Assembly: GCA_038740615.1 (NCBI GenBank)
Contig: JAVYLQ010000001.1
Location: 13,865 to 77,864 of the forward strand
Direction of reading: 5' to 3'
From: Candidatus Anstonellales archaeon
GTDB taxonomy: Archaea > Micrarchaeota > Micrarchaeia > Anstonellales > J096
Length of the DNA: 64,000 nucleotides
Part shown: piece after piece, positions 9,030-23,299 of the stretch
Layout of the letters: the number at the start of each line of letters is the position of its first letter
Numbering within the stretch: position 1 is the first letter of the stretch
Position numbers and translations under genes: made by a program
Notes under the pieces: generated by a model
Database searches by the model: none
Seen by the model: the letters and a program-made list of their open reading frames with translations, nothing else
Told to the model about the DNA's origin: nothing

Positions 9030-10853
9030 ATGCGTCTCCTACTACTGCATTCTGAGCATATAGAAGTAATTCCAAAGGAGAAGGCTGTTGAAATTTTTGA
9101 TGAACCAGAGAGAGTAGATTTAGATAATGTTCTAGTTGTTTTTGTATCTGTGGAAAGAGGAGATCTAGAAGAATATTTGGATAGAGCAGTTGATGATATT
9201 CTATCACATCTGAAAGCTATTGATGCTAAAAACATTCTCATATATCCATATGTACATCTGACGAATGATCCAGAGAGTCCAGTCAGAGCTAGAGAACTAA
9301 CAAACAGATTGTATGAGCTATTAAAAGGGTATGTGGAAAATATATATAGAGCCCCATTTGGATGGTATAAAGAATTCAAGATTCATGTTTATGGACACCC
9401 ATTATCTGAACTGAGCAAGACTTATAGGAAAGATACTGAATATATATCAAAATCTCTTAAACAAGAATCAAATATCAAATCTAGATTTGTGATACTCTGG
9501 AGAGATAGAATCTACGAAATATCTGAATTTGATTTCCAAAAATTCCCTAATTTCAAGAAGCTAGTTGATTATGAAACAAAGAAAGTGAGAACCTATGAAT
9601 CTGAACCAGTACACATAGAATTAATGCAAAGACTCAAGTTAGCTAGCCATGAACCAGCAAGTGATGCTGGTAATATGAGATATTATCCTAGAGGAAGATT
9701 GATAAAGAAGATTCTAGAGAGAATGGTTAGTGAATATTGTATAAACGACGGTGCTCATGAGGTTGAAACTCCTATAATGTATGATTACAACCATCCAAGT
9801 CTAGAGAAATATTTGAATAGATTCCCAGCTAGACAGTACACTGTATTATCTGATCAGAAGAGATATTTTCTGAGATTTGCAGCATGCTTTGGGCAGTTTC
9901 TCATAGCCCATGATACTCATATAAGCTACAAACAACTACCTCTGAAGCTATATGAATTAACTAGATACTCATTCAGAAGAGAACAGAGTGGAGAAGTTAC
10001 AGGTCTGAAGAGATTAAGGGCATTCACCATGCCAGATATGCATACTTTAGTGAGTGATATGGATATGGCTAAGAGTGAATTTCTGCACCAGCTAGAATTA
10101 TCCAAAAGATTGATGCAAGAATTGGATTTATATGATCACATAGAAATTGCATTCAGAGCTCAAGAAGAGTTCTTCAACCAGAATAGAGATTTCTATAGAT
10201 CTGTGCAGGAGATTGTTGGAGACCGACCAATATTGCTAGAATTGTTCGATCAGAGATATGCATACTTTATAACAAAATTTGAGTTTAATTTTATTGATAG
10301 TAAGGATAAAGCTGCATCACTATCCACAGTTCAGATCGATATTGAAAATGCAGAGACTTATGATATAAGGTATGTAGATAGTGATGGTAATTATAAAAAA
10401 CCTATTATATTACATGCGAGCCTATCTGGGGCAATAGAGAGAGTGATATTTGCAATACTGGAGAGAGAAGGTATGAAAATTGCTAAGGGCGGAAAAGGCG
10501 AATTTCCCATGTTTCTAGCACCTATTCAAGTTAGGATAATACCTGTTAGTAAGGATTATTTGGATTATGCTATTAAAATACATAATGAGATCTCACATAT
10601 ATTCAGAACTGATGTAGATGATCGGGAGGAGAGTGTAGCTAAGAAAATAAGAGAGGCTCAAATGGAATGGATACCAGTTATAATTGTTGTTGGTAAAGAA
10701 GAGATGGAGAGTGGAATGATAAGCGTTAGTACACGAGATGGGAAGAGATTCCATACAACTGTAAACGAGTTTATAAAAACCTATTCTAAGAATCTGAAAT
10801 ACACAGAGAGTCTAAATATGCCATATCTGATAAGTAAGAGGGGTGATCTATGA
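9030..10853 (+). CDS. thrS: threonyl-tRNA synthetase, archaeal type with N-terminal editing domain
   Basis: YPYVHL, APFGWYK, GHPLSELS, RFAACFG, FRREQSGE..GLKRLRAFTMPDMH. Confidence 0.97.
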   Translation: MRLLLLHSEHIEVIPKEKAVEIFDEPERVDLDNVLVVFVSVERGDLEEYLDRAVDDILSHLKAIDAKNILIYPYVHLTNDPESPVRARELTNRLYELLKGYVENIYRAPFGWYKEFKIHVYGHPLSELSKTYRKDTEYISKSLKQESNIKSRFVILWRDRIYEISEFDFQKFPNFKKLVDYETKKVRTYESEPVHIELMQRLKLASHEPASDAGNMRYYPRGRLIKKILERMVSEYCINDGAHEVETPIMYDYNHPSLEKYLNRFPARQYTVLSDQKRYFLRFAACFGQFLIAHDTHISYKQLPLKLYELTRYSFRREQSGEVTGLKRLRAFTMPDMHTLVSDMDMAKSEFLHQLELSKRLMQELDLYDHIEIAFRAQEEFFNQNRDFYRSVQEIVGDRPILLELFDQRYAYFITKFEFNFIDSKDKAASLSTVQIDIENAETYDIRYVDSDGNYKKPIILHASLSGAIERVIFAILEREGMKIAKGGKGEFPMFLAPIQVRIIPVSKDYLDYAIKIHNEISHIFRTDVDDREESVAKKIREAQMEWIPVIIVVGKEEMESGMISVSTRDGKRFHTTVNEFIKTYSKNLKYTESLNMPYLISKRGDL

Positions 10854-11383
10854 AGATAATTTTGATTACTGGAAAGAGAGGAGCTGGTAAAAGCGAATTA
10901 GCTAAATTACTATCATCTAGAATACCTGTATATGAAATGTCCGATTATGTATACAGAGAGATGCGAAAAGCTGGTATAGATAGATTTGATGCAATTACAG
11001 TAGGAGAATTTGCTAAGAGATTGAGAATTGAGAGGGGAAATGATATTGTGGCAAAATTGTTGTGGGAGGATATTAGAGGATTGGATATAGTGGTTATATC
11101 TGGAGCACGTTCACCAGAAGAGGTTGAATTTTTTAGGAAGAATGCCGATGTTCTGGTTATAAAAGTGGATGCTCTTCCAGAAATTAGATATCACAGAATA
11201 TTACAGAGAGCTAGACCTGGTGATGTGAAAAGTTTTGATGATTTTATTAAAAAGGAGAGGTTAGATGAAGAACTTGGAGTGGGAACTATACTAGAGGATA
11301 TCATAATAGATAATAATCACGACCTAGGTGTGTTCAGATTGAAAGTAGAGAATCTGCTAAAATTCATTCTAGATCGTTCCTGA
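10850..11383 (+). CDS. UPF0200 / dephospho-CoA-kinase-like P-loop kinase
   Basis: ITGKRGAGKS, GARSPEEVEFF, R..RILQRARPGD. Confidence 0.8.
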   Translation: MKIILITGKRGAGKSELAKLLSSRIPVYEMSDYVYREMRKAGIDRFDAITVGEFAKRLRIERGNDIVAKLLWEDIRGLDIVVISGARSPEEVEFFRKNADVLVIKVDALPEIRYHRILQRARPGDVKSFDDFIKKERLDEELGVGTILEDIIIDNNHDLGVFRLKVENLLKFILDRS

Positions 11384-12173
11384 AGCATACTTCTACAGAA
11401 GCATTACATCTGAAGGGAGAATTGATAGTTATCTGAAAAGGTAATGATATCTTTCCGATCATATTACGTTGATCCACAGGGATGAGAGTGTGATTAGAGA
11501 TAATATTAATATTCACAATACTGCAATCTCCATCTAATATCTTTATATGAACAGTGGGATCCTGAGGAACAGTATAATTCGTTTTCCCTATATCATATGT
11601 AAATACATACCCTTCAATTAGTTCTGTGTTTATATTTTGGCATGTGGCTGAGACTAACATAGTGACATAAAGCATATTGTCCTTACAGAACACGCCTATA
11701 CCCACATTCTCCATAATATCGTTGAGTATTAATCTCCTGTGTCCTACACTAGTTAGCCAACCCGTAACTACTCTCCTAGAATTCTGCAGATAATCACTAT
11801 TACAATTAATATTCTCCAAATAGATTATATTCTCTCCAGCTGAGAAAAACATATATCTATTATCTAGTAATCTCATAGCTACATCTCTACCTTCCTTATC
11901 AATATGACCAAAAAAGTTTTCATAGTACATCCTCTTAGCATACAATCTGGCGATATATCCTAATCTGTTATCGTATTTATATGGACTTAGATTGGATTCC
12001 AATCTAACTCTATTTATATGTTGAAATATAATATACTCAAATTCAGTAGGAGGTGGGTAATCCAATTTTCTAAAAATACTATCTGATTTCTGATCCTGGA
12101 TTTTACCTATACAACCCGAAAGAAAGAGTAAAAAACTAATCAGTAGAAATCTCAAAAGGTGGGCGAGTCTCAT
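11364..12173 (-). CDS. CAP/SCP-domain lipoprotein
   Basis: Lipobox FLSGC; INRVR, FFGH, AGENI, WLTSVGHRRLIL, VGIGV; likely start ATG 12173. Confidence 0.85.
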   Translation of the reverse strand: MRLAHLLRFLLISFLLFLSGCIGKIQDQKSDSIFRKLDYPPPTEFEYIIFQHINRVRLESNLSPYKYDNRLGYIARLYAKRMYYENFFGHIDKEGRDVAMRLLDNRYMFFSAGENIIYLENINCNSDYLQNSRRVVTGWLTSVGHRRLILNDIMENVGIGVFCKDNMLYVTMLVSATCQNINTELIEGYVFTYDIGKTNYTVPQDPTVHIKILDGDCSIVNINIISNHTLIPVDQRNMIGKISLPFQITINSPFRCNASVEVCFRNDLE

Positions 12174-12288
12174 CTGGCAACTTATACCATATTCGGTATA
12201 CATCGAATTTTAACTGTTCAACATTATCAACATCTTCTATTTTCTTTCTCTCAAGCCTAAAATCCTTAAGAGGAGAGTATTTCATCAT
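12136..12288 (-). CDS. rpoP: putative RNA polymerase subunit P (Rpo12) lacking zinc-ribbon cysteines; not in ORF track
   Basis: 50 aa MMKYSPLKDFRLERKKIEDVDNVEQLKFDVYRIWYKLPDETRPPFEISTD; ATGA overlap with rpl37ae stop, GGTGAG SD, canonical rpoP position, YRIWYK resembles the YRILxK motif. Confidence 0.65.
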   Translation of the reverse strand: MMKYSPLKDFRLERKKIEDVDNVEQLKFDVYRIWYKLPDETRPPFEISTD

Positions 12289-12512
12289 CTCTCACCCAAC
12301 ATCTTTAGAACAAATTCTCCTATCTCCGTGTATGGTGTATAAGCACCTCCTGCCATTTTAAATCCACATTTCTTACATTCCCATATACTAAATGAGACCC
12401 TACGTAATGTTTTTGAATGACATTTTGGACATTCATACTTAGCTCTTTGCTTAACTATGATCTCATTATAGAGTGTTCTTATTTTTTTACCATATCTATT
12501 TGTCTTTAACAT
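12285..12512 (-). CDS. rpl37ae: 50S ribosomal protein L37Ae (eL43)
   Basis: RYGKKIR, CPKC, IWECKKC, MAGGAYTP; start at ATG 12512 after GGTGAG. Confidence 0.96.
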   Translation of the reverse strand: MLKTNRYGKKIRTLYNEIIVKQRAKYECPKCHSKTLRRVSFSIWECKKCGFKMAGGAYTPYTEIGEFVLKMLGER

Positions 12513-13284
12513 CTTTCTCACCCAACACTCTATTTAATATCTTAGGTCTATTTTTTAAAGCTATTTCTATCATTTCGTCCAATTCATCTCTATTCAAACT
12601 TCCATTTCCCATTTTCTGGATCCCAACTATATTGTCATCTCTATCTATTGCTATACTCACTAGCACATCTGCCAATTCAGATTCCATATGTGTGGGATCT
12701 AGTAATATAACATCTTCTATTTTTGCAAATGTGCTTGATATAACATGATTCTGAATGAAATTGTCCTGAACAAATTCATCTCTATTCAGCTTATCATTTT
12801 CGATCTTTGGGATTCTTATGTTGCTGAGTGCAGCCATACCAGCCAAATAACTAGCATCAATAGCATTACCATCATAATCTATAACATACATATCTAGAAA
12901 TACAGTATAACCCTTTTTAGCCTCCAGAGCTAATTTACCCAGATTCAACACTTCTGCACTTCTGAAACCTCTATCGACAATTCTAGATAACTCAATACCT
13001 CTCTCATCAGGAGGACCACTAACAAAACTCTCATGGGCTATAGGGGATAAATCTACATTCACTATAAAATTTCCTTTATTATCTTCGAATAGATCGCCGT
13101 ATTCTATTTTTATTCCGGCTACGACCAGAGTATCCCCCAGTCTTGCTATCGCTGATCCTTCTGCAGTTTTTATTACATCATGTTTTATAGCAATCTCTCT
13201 ATACTGATCAGCTTTTCTCCCATCAATCCTCTTTCTATAATTCTTATAGTACTCTAAAAATGTCTCTCTTGAATAATGAATCAT
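12496..13284 (-). CDS. rrp42: exosome complex subunit Rrp42
   Basis: RIDGRK, AEGSA, GPPDERGIELSRIVDRG, DYDGN; synteny. Confidence 0.94.
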   Translation of the reverse strand: MIHYSRETFLEYYKNYRKRIDGRKADQYREIAIKHDVIKTAEGSAIARLGDTLVVAGIKIEYGDLFEDNKGNFIVNVDLSPIAHESFVSGPPDERGIELSRIVDRGFRSAEVLNLGKLALEAKKGYTVFLDMYVIDYDGNAIDASYLAGMAALSNIRIPKIENDKLNRDEFVQDNFIQNHVISSTFAKIEDVILLDPTHMESELADVLVSIAIDRDDNIVGIQKMGNGSLNRDELDEMIEIALKNRPKILNRVLGEKDVKDK

Positions 13285-13985
13285 ATATATCTCACCAGAT
13301 CATTGCTCAGCTCTTTAGAATATCTTCTTGTAAAAGCATCTCTGATTAGATTTTCGAAAAACTCTCTTTTCGATCGAACCATTTCAATAGCGCTCTTCAA
13401 TTCTTCATAACTTATCTTCCCATCAAGTTGTAGTAATAATATATCGCCTTTCCTAGTAATGCATATAGGTATATCTCCTTGACCTAGATTATCTTCCTCC
13501 TTGGATAGATCCAACACGATCTCATTATTCACCTTACCTGCAGATATTCCATAACCTATATCTCTAAGAGCTATACCCGCATCTATTAATGCTGCAACCG
13601 CAGCTACAAAAGATGCTACTCTTGTACCTCCTTCAGCCTGTAAAACTAGTATCTGTACTTCTATCAGACCACCAGGATATCTATCTACTAGTATCAAATT
13701 AGATAGAGCTTCCCTTAAAACTTTTGAAATCTCCACAGCTCTCCTATTTGGAACGTATTTGCCATGCTCCTCCAGAGAACAGAATGTCGCCATTCTGTAT
13801 TCTACCTTAATAATAGCTCTCTCAAGATTCTCTATAGCCGGAGGTGCCTCCTCAGGGCCATATACACCTACAAGTATCTTATTCATTCCCCATTCGATAT
13901 ATGCAGATCCCTTAGCATTTCTTAAAATCCCAACTTCCAACTTAATATTCCTCAATTCATCTTTCTGTCTACCATCAGATCTCAT
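13281..13985 (-). CDS. rrp41: exosome catalytic subunit Rrp41
   Basis: RSDGRQKDELR, GSAYIEWG.NK, EGGTR phosphate-binding motif, DLSKEED. Confidence 0.94.
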   Translation of the reverse strand: MRSDGRQKDELRNIKLEVGILRNAKGSAYIEWGMNKILVGVYGPEEAPPAIENLERAIIKVEYRMATFCSLEEHGKYVPNRRAVEISKVLREALSNLILVDRYPGGLIEVQILVLQAEGGTRVASFVAAVAALIDAGIALRDIGYGISAGKVNNEIVLDLSKEEDNLGQGDIPICITRKGDILLLQLDGKISYEELKSAIEMVRSKREFFENLIRDAFTRRYSKELSNDLVRYI

Positions 13986-14506
13986 CTACCATCACCAAAA
14001 TTCTTCATGATATAATCTGTAAGCCCTCTTATATGAGCTCTCTTAACAATAGTGTTTATTATATCAATAGCACGACTAAAATCACCTCTTCCTATCCAGA
14101 TGATCCCATTCCTACCTACTTCTAGCTTGCTGTTGGATAATTTTTCTATAAGCTTAAGCATTTCCCCTTTTGATCCTACAATCCTACCAACTTTGGATTC
14201 TGGAACTCTATAGATAACACCATTACGCAATAATCTAACATTCTCTAGAGTCTCTCCAGTTTGGGATACAACTCCTATAACATAATCTCCTATGTTTAAT
14301 CTTATCTCCAAACCTCTGATCATAATACTCATAGCATAGAATGAAGAGATATCTACAATATATGCTACATTCTTCTTCTCAGCAATTATTTTACCTATAA
14401 CCACATCCTTAGGTTTAGGGATATATACAGTTTCTATAGCCGCATCTATGCCCTCTAAGTGTAAGTTATATATATTCTCCATATCTCCTGGTAGAATTAC
14501 TCTCAT
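13982..14506 (-). CDS. rrp4: exosome cap protein Rrp4 (shortened)
   Basis: VILPGD, YIPKPKDVVIG (S1), RIVGSKGEM (KH), VGRNGIIW. Confidence 0.88.
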   Translation of the reverse strand: MRVILPGDMENIYNLHLEGIDAAIETVYIPKPKDVVIGKIIAEKKNVAYIVDISSFYAMSIMIRGLEIRLNIGDYVIGVVSQTGETLENVRLLRNGVIYRVPESKVGRIVGSKGEMLKLIEKLSNSKLEVGRNGIIWIGRGDFSRAIDIINTIVKRAHIRGLTDYIMKNFGDGR

Positions 14507-15205
14507 CTAATCTTTCACCTTTAGCAGTTTGCTCTCCACTTTACCTCCAGATAATTTGTTTAATCTATCGTAAAACTCTCCCTGGAGGCCAGCTAGTAGC
14601 TCTATATGAGCTACAATTGATCCATCGTTTGATTCCTCTAATTTAAGGGGGTTTAGAGATTTGATATAACCGTATACTTTGTAAGCGACATCTGCGGGAA
14701 CTCTAATCTCGATAATTACTGATGCCATTTTGATAGGTAGTATTTTTCTTAATTGCTCTAGAATCTCCTTGGCTTGCTGCTCAACTGGTTTGAACGGATC
14801 TATGTTATATTTTATATTATTCATTGCATTCTCTATTCTAAGAGGTGGTATGGGCAGATTTGTCTGTCCATCAATACAGTTCTTGGCTAGAAAATCTATT
14901 ATTTGCTTCCTTTTCTTCTCAACCATCTTTCTTCTCTGTTCAGTAGTTAACTGTACTTCCCCTTTCTCCAAGATTGTCTTAAGTATTATCTGTATATCAT
15001 CTGTACCAAATGCCTTCTTTATATTACTAGGTGATTGACGCTCACCCTTTTTGAAATTCTTATAAACTTCCTCTACTACCAATATATTATTTAGATCTTT
15101 TTTTGTACCTTCTAGGTAGGCATATGTCTTATCAGGATCTAGCAATACCTCAAAGTGTTCTCCCCCTATTACAATTCTTCCTATAATGGCTTTATTAAGA
15201 TCCAT
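14507..15205 (-). CDS. ribosome maturation protein SBDS/Sdo1
   Basis: GEHFEVL, AFGTDD, GEVQLTTEQRR, PPLRIENAM, IDPFKPVEQQ. Confidence 0.95.
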   Translation of the reverse strand: MDLNKAIIGRIVIGGEHFEVLLDPDKTYAYLEGTKKDLNNILVVEEVYKNFKKGERQSPSNIKKAFGTDDIQIILKTILEKGEVQLTTEQRRKMVEKKRKQIIDFLAKNCIDGQTNLPIPPLRIENAMNNIKYNIDPFKPVEQQAKEILEQLRKILPIKMASVIIEIRVPADVAYKVYGYIKSLNPLKLEESNDGSIVAHIELLAGLQGEFYDRLNKLSGGKVESKLLKVKD

Positions 15206-15629
15206 TATCCCCACCCTGCATAGTAATATCCTTTTTTAATACTACATTATCAAGGTTAAATAGCTCTTTGAATATCTTTCTAGCAGCTCTCAATTTGGAA
15301 TTGTTATTACCAAATGCAAACTTTACATCTTTTGGTTCTATAAATAGGATTAACGTTTTCTCCATATTAACATTCATCACATCATATTTATTTATTTTAG
15401 AATTATTGAAGAACAATTTTACGAATTCCTCTAGTTTATCACTATATTTAAGAATAATAATTTTCTTATTGAAAGATTCAGACAATATCTTCAGTCTCTT
15501 CAGGCCCAATTCAGGATTCTTAACTATAAAATATAGATAATTATCATCTTGATAAACTGCCTCTGGAAATTCTCCTATCAATCTATTGTATTCATTAATA
15601 TAATAGATATCTTTATCAGAGATTTCCAT
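15195..15629 (-). CDS. nusA: archaeal NusA (two KH domains, degenerate)
   Basis: Position after rpl30e, 144 aa, YSDKLEEFVK, FAFGNNNSKLRAARKI. Confidence 0.75.
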   Translation of the reverse strand: MEISDKDIYYINEYNRLIGEFPEAVYQDDNYLYFIVKNPELGLKRLKILSESFNKKIIILKYSDKLEEFVKLFFNNSKINKYDVMNVNMEKTLILFIEPKDVKFAFGNNNSKLRAARKIFKELFNLDNVVLKKDITMQGGDNGS

Positions 15630-15631
15630 CT

Positions 15632-15967
15632 TTAGAATTTTGCCTCTCCTTTCTCTAGAACCGCTACTGCTGATACTAAAAATGGCTTTCCTATAGTCTG
15701 TCCAATCTCCAGAGAAGTATTGATGTAGATAGGAATGAGATTCTTCTCTTTACATCTCTCTTCCAAACTTTTTAACACATCATCTCTTGCGTTTTTTGCT
15801 ATGAATACAGCGATTGGTTTAGAGTTCTTTAGAGTATCAATTACCTCTTTATAACCATAAACCACTTTACCTGTTTCAGCAGCCAATCTTAAATTTTCCA
15901 GGTTCGGATCCAGAGAGATTCTTTTAGATCTCTTTCTAACCAATATCTTTTCGCGTTTCTCTTCCAT
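15632..15967 (-). CDS. rpl30e: 50S ribosomal protein L30e
   Basis: ETGKVVYG, SLEIGQTIGKPFLVS; synteny with rpoA2. Confidence 0.92.
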   Translation of the reverse strand: MEEKREKILVRKRSKRISLDPNLENLRLAAETGKVVYGYKEVIDTLKNSKPIAVFIAKNARDDVLKSLEERCKEKNLIPIYINTSLEIGQTIGKPFLVSAVAVLEKGEAKF

Positions 15968-15978
15968 ATCAATCACAT

Positions 15979-19560
<3,582 letters not shown>

Positions 19561-19580
<20 letters not shown>

Positions 19581-22500
19581 CCAGATCACCTTTTTTCCTT
19601 ATGAAGAGTTTTGGATAAATATGCATAGATATAATTTCGTTGAGCAGCAATTTGAAGGCATATGGAATTTCTATATGTCCTACGTTATTACTTCCACACA
19701 CAGGACATACGTATTCTTCAGAAGGTTCGTCATAATATGCGAAACTGCCACAGTCTAAACACACATGTTCTACATGTTTATCACTATTCTCTAACAATCT
19801 ATCTATCACTGTAGCTGCTGCTCCATATCCTAGTAGAGTATCTCTTTCCATCTCTCCAAATCTCAACCCTCCCTCTCTACTTCTTCCCTCAGTAGGTTGA
19901 GAGGTTAATAATTGCACTGGTCCTTTGGTTCTACTATGCATTTTATTTGATACTAGATGATGTAATCTCTGATAATATATAACCCCTATAAATATTTTAA
20001 CCTTTATTTTCTCTCCAGTAACACCATCGTACATCTCCTCCTCTCCCCATTCATCAAATCCTAGGGATTTTAACTCTTCGACAAACTTCTCTAGTTTATC
20101 ACCGGAGAAAGGAGTGGCATCTACATATTTACCAGTTATACATGCTGCCTTGCATCCTAACATTTCTAATAGATGACCTGCAGTCATTCTACTAGGTATT
20201 GCATGTGGATTTATTATCAGATCAGGAACGATTCCACTTTTTGTGAATGGTAAATCCTTCTGATCAACTAACATTCCTATTACTCCTTTCTGTCCATGTC
20301 TAGAACTGAATTTATCACCTATTTCTGGAATCTTATTCAATCTGAATCTAACCTTTATCACTACCTCCCCGTCCTGATTCTCTGTTATCATAACTCGATC
20401 AACTCTACCCTCTTCCCCTTCCTTAACCTTTATAGAACTATCTTTGTATTTCTCTTCTGTTGCTCTAGTAAAATCCAAATCCTCTAAGAATCTAGGTGGT
20501 GATAGCTTTCCTATAATAACATCATTTTCCACATATTTTTCCTCCAATCTAGGTAAGCCATCATCATCTAACTTCTCATAAGAAACATTGTGTTTAACAT
20601 TTATAATCATGGAACCTGGCTTTGTGATTTTATCTCTGAATTGGGCATAATACTCAACAATCTCGGTGGAATACGTTTTGAACATTATTGATCTACCAAA
20701 TCCCCTATCTACAGCGGACTTGTTTATAACAATTGCATCAGTCATGTTCCATCCTCTGTAACTCATCACTGCAACCACAAGATTGTACCCAGCTGCTCTC
20801 TTGGCTAATCCTAAGTAATCATATGTTCTAGTGGTTGCTATTGGACGTTCATTATAGTAATTAATATATGCCTTAGTGTCATATCTGAAATTGAATGCAG
20901 AATTATATATCCCTAAACTCTGTTTTAGCATACCGCTAGCCATAGTGAGTCTAGGTGAAGAGTTGTATTCAGGGAATGGTAGAAGAGCTGCGGCTATTCC
21001 AAATAGTGTTGATGGATCAATCTCCATATGAGTATACCTCTCATCTCCAAGATCATTCATAGATTTTGCTATAAATGCATTTTCCTCTTCTTCCGCATCT
21101 AAATACTCTATATATCCCATCTTAACCAATTGTTCCCAAGAATACTTACCTGATTTAACCTCATCCCATATCCTCAAAATCTTCAGCTCACCTCTCTCTA
21201 TAACTAGATAAGGTCTTCTCAATCTACCTGGGGAAGTATTGATATAAAATTCATTAAACTCTTCTCTAAAATAGAAGTTTACAGAAGAGCTAATTTCACC
21301 CGCTCTTCTTGCACTAACAAGAGCAATAAATAGTTCCTTACCATTTTTAACTTCTCCTACGTAATCCCCATCTAGATATACTTGAACATTGTGTTCTGAT
21401 CTTGAATCTGTTAAGTATGGATTTAGAATAGCAAGTATAGGGGTGACATCAACTTTTTCCGTGGTTATTTCTGCCATTATAGCCATATTCTTTAGCAATG
21501 ATGTTGATGCACCTTCTGGGGTCTCAGAAGGACATATCTTTCCATACCAGGTCCCATGCAGATCTCTTGCCTTAAAGTGTGGATGTGATTTGTCCAAAGG
21601 AGAGAGAATTCTTCTTCTGTGACTCAGAGATGATACAAAACTAACCCTATCCATAACCTGTGATACTCCTGTCTGACCAGCTATCCAGTTACCCGTAGCC
21701 ATAGCGTACATTACTTTTGTTGTGAATACATTTGGACGGATTAGAGTACTGAATTTTATAACTCTTCTACCCCTTATTATGCTCTTATTTATCTGGTTTT
21801 TAGTATCAGCAATCAACTGATCAAAAGCATATCCAAATAACTCAGCTATCAAATCTCCAGCTAGCTTAATCCTCTTATTACCATAATGGTCTCTATCATC
21901 TTCCTTTATCTTATTATAAGCTAATAGAGATGCTTTCATACACATTCTAAGCAAGTATTTAGCCTTCTTCTTATTAATCTCTGGATTCACATCAGTTCCC
22001 AAGTGAGGCAATACAAAATTAGACATCAATTTGTTGAAATGATTCAGCTGAACTTCCCATTCATTGTTTGGTTTTAATCTCTTTATCAGATAAACAAGAG
22101 GATCAGCAACAAAATCCTCCTTCTTTTCAATTTCCTGTTTGTTTAGCATATAGTCAAAATATGCTTCTGGATACTGTTTTAGAGCATTCTGTATTTCCTC
22201 ATCACTCATACCAAGAGCTCTTATTACTACAAATACATTCAACTGAGGAACAGAGTGGGGGAAATCTATATAGAACAGACCTTCATCAGTTCTCCTTATT
22301 GTTAATTTAGCTCTGTATATTCCTCTAGTAGAGAACACTTTTGCTATAACATCTTCCTTGTTCTCCTTGACAACCAGAATCTTATTAGGTACTAAATCCT
22401 CTATACCTATAAGAGTTCGTTCAGTGCCGTTTATAATAAAATATCCTCCAGGATCCATTGGATCAGTTCCCTTATAGATTCTTTCCTGATTGCTTCTGAG

Positions 22501-22977
22501 AGCTCTATTAAGATTGCACACTACTGAATTTACCATTACAGGGAGATCTCCTATATGGATGTTCTCTTCTTTTCCATCAAACTCATCAACATAATTCCCA
22601 TTGGCATCATATTTCCTTATGTATCTCTCTACATCGATTAGAACTCTTCCTGAATATGTTAGATCTCTCATCAGAGCCTCTGCTGGGAATAGTATAAAGG
22701 TATTACCAGATTGTTCACTCTTCATAGGAGGTTCTAGCTTGATATTTACTATTTTGTATACTATTTTATTTCGATTATCCTCATTGGCCATGAAATTTCT
22801 ATTACCTAGTTCCACCTCTATCTCATTTTCCCTATTTTTCATCTTGTTTTCTAAATACTCTCTCATTCCTTCCTGAACAAACCTATTATAGGAATCTATC
22901 TGCTGTTTTACTAGATTGTTGTATTCAAAATATTTTTTCAACAAAATTTTAGATATATCATTCATTTGGTAATTCAT
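19561..22977 (-). CDS. rpoB: RNA polymerase subunit B (Rpo2), unsplit
   Basis: DPGGYFIING.E, CPSETPEG, GDKFSSRHGQKG, YYQRLHH, GGLRFGEMERD, C-terminal Zn ribbon. Confidence 0.98.
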
Positions 22978-23239
22978 ATTTCTCACCAATTACTATCCTA
23001 TAGTAAGTATATTTTATGCCGTAATCATCTCTCTGAAATTCAAGAACATCATTTTCCTTAGCTCCTAGTGCAATCACAACTGGATCAGATTTCATAATCT
23101 TAGGCAATTTCTCCTGCTCGATCCCATATTTTCTTAGCAGTTCCTCCTTCTCACTATCACTCAATATCCTCACATTACCTATCAAGAAATGTCCTATAGG
23201 GTTCAATTTAATCTTAGAAACTTTGCTCTTGTCCACCAT
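22958..23239 (-). CDS. rpoH: RNA polymerase subunit H (Rpo5)
   Basis: HFL, EELLRKYGI..EKLPKI..SDPV, YYRIV. Confidence 0.94.
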   Translation of the reverse strand: MVDKSKVSKIKLNPIGHFLIGNVRILSDSEKEELLRKYGIEQEKLPKIMKSDPVVIALGAKENDVLEFQRDDYGIKYTYYRIVIGEKYELPNE

Positions 23240-23299
23240 ATCAGCTCAATATTTATAGACCAAAAGCTTTTTAAAATTTAATGTTTGAATAAAACTAAA

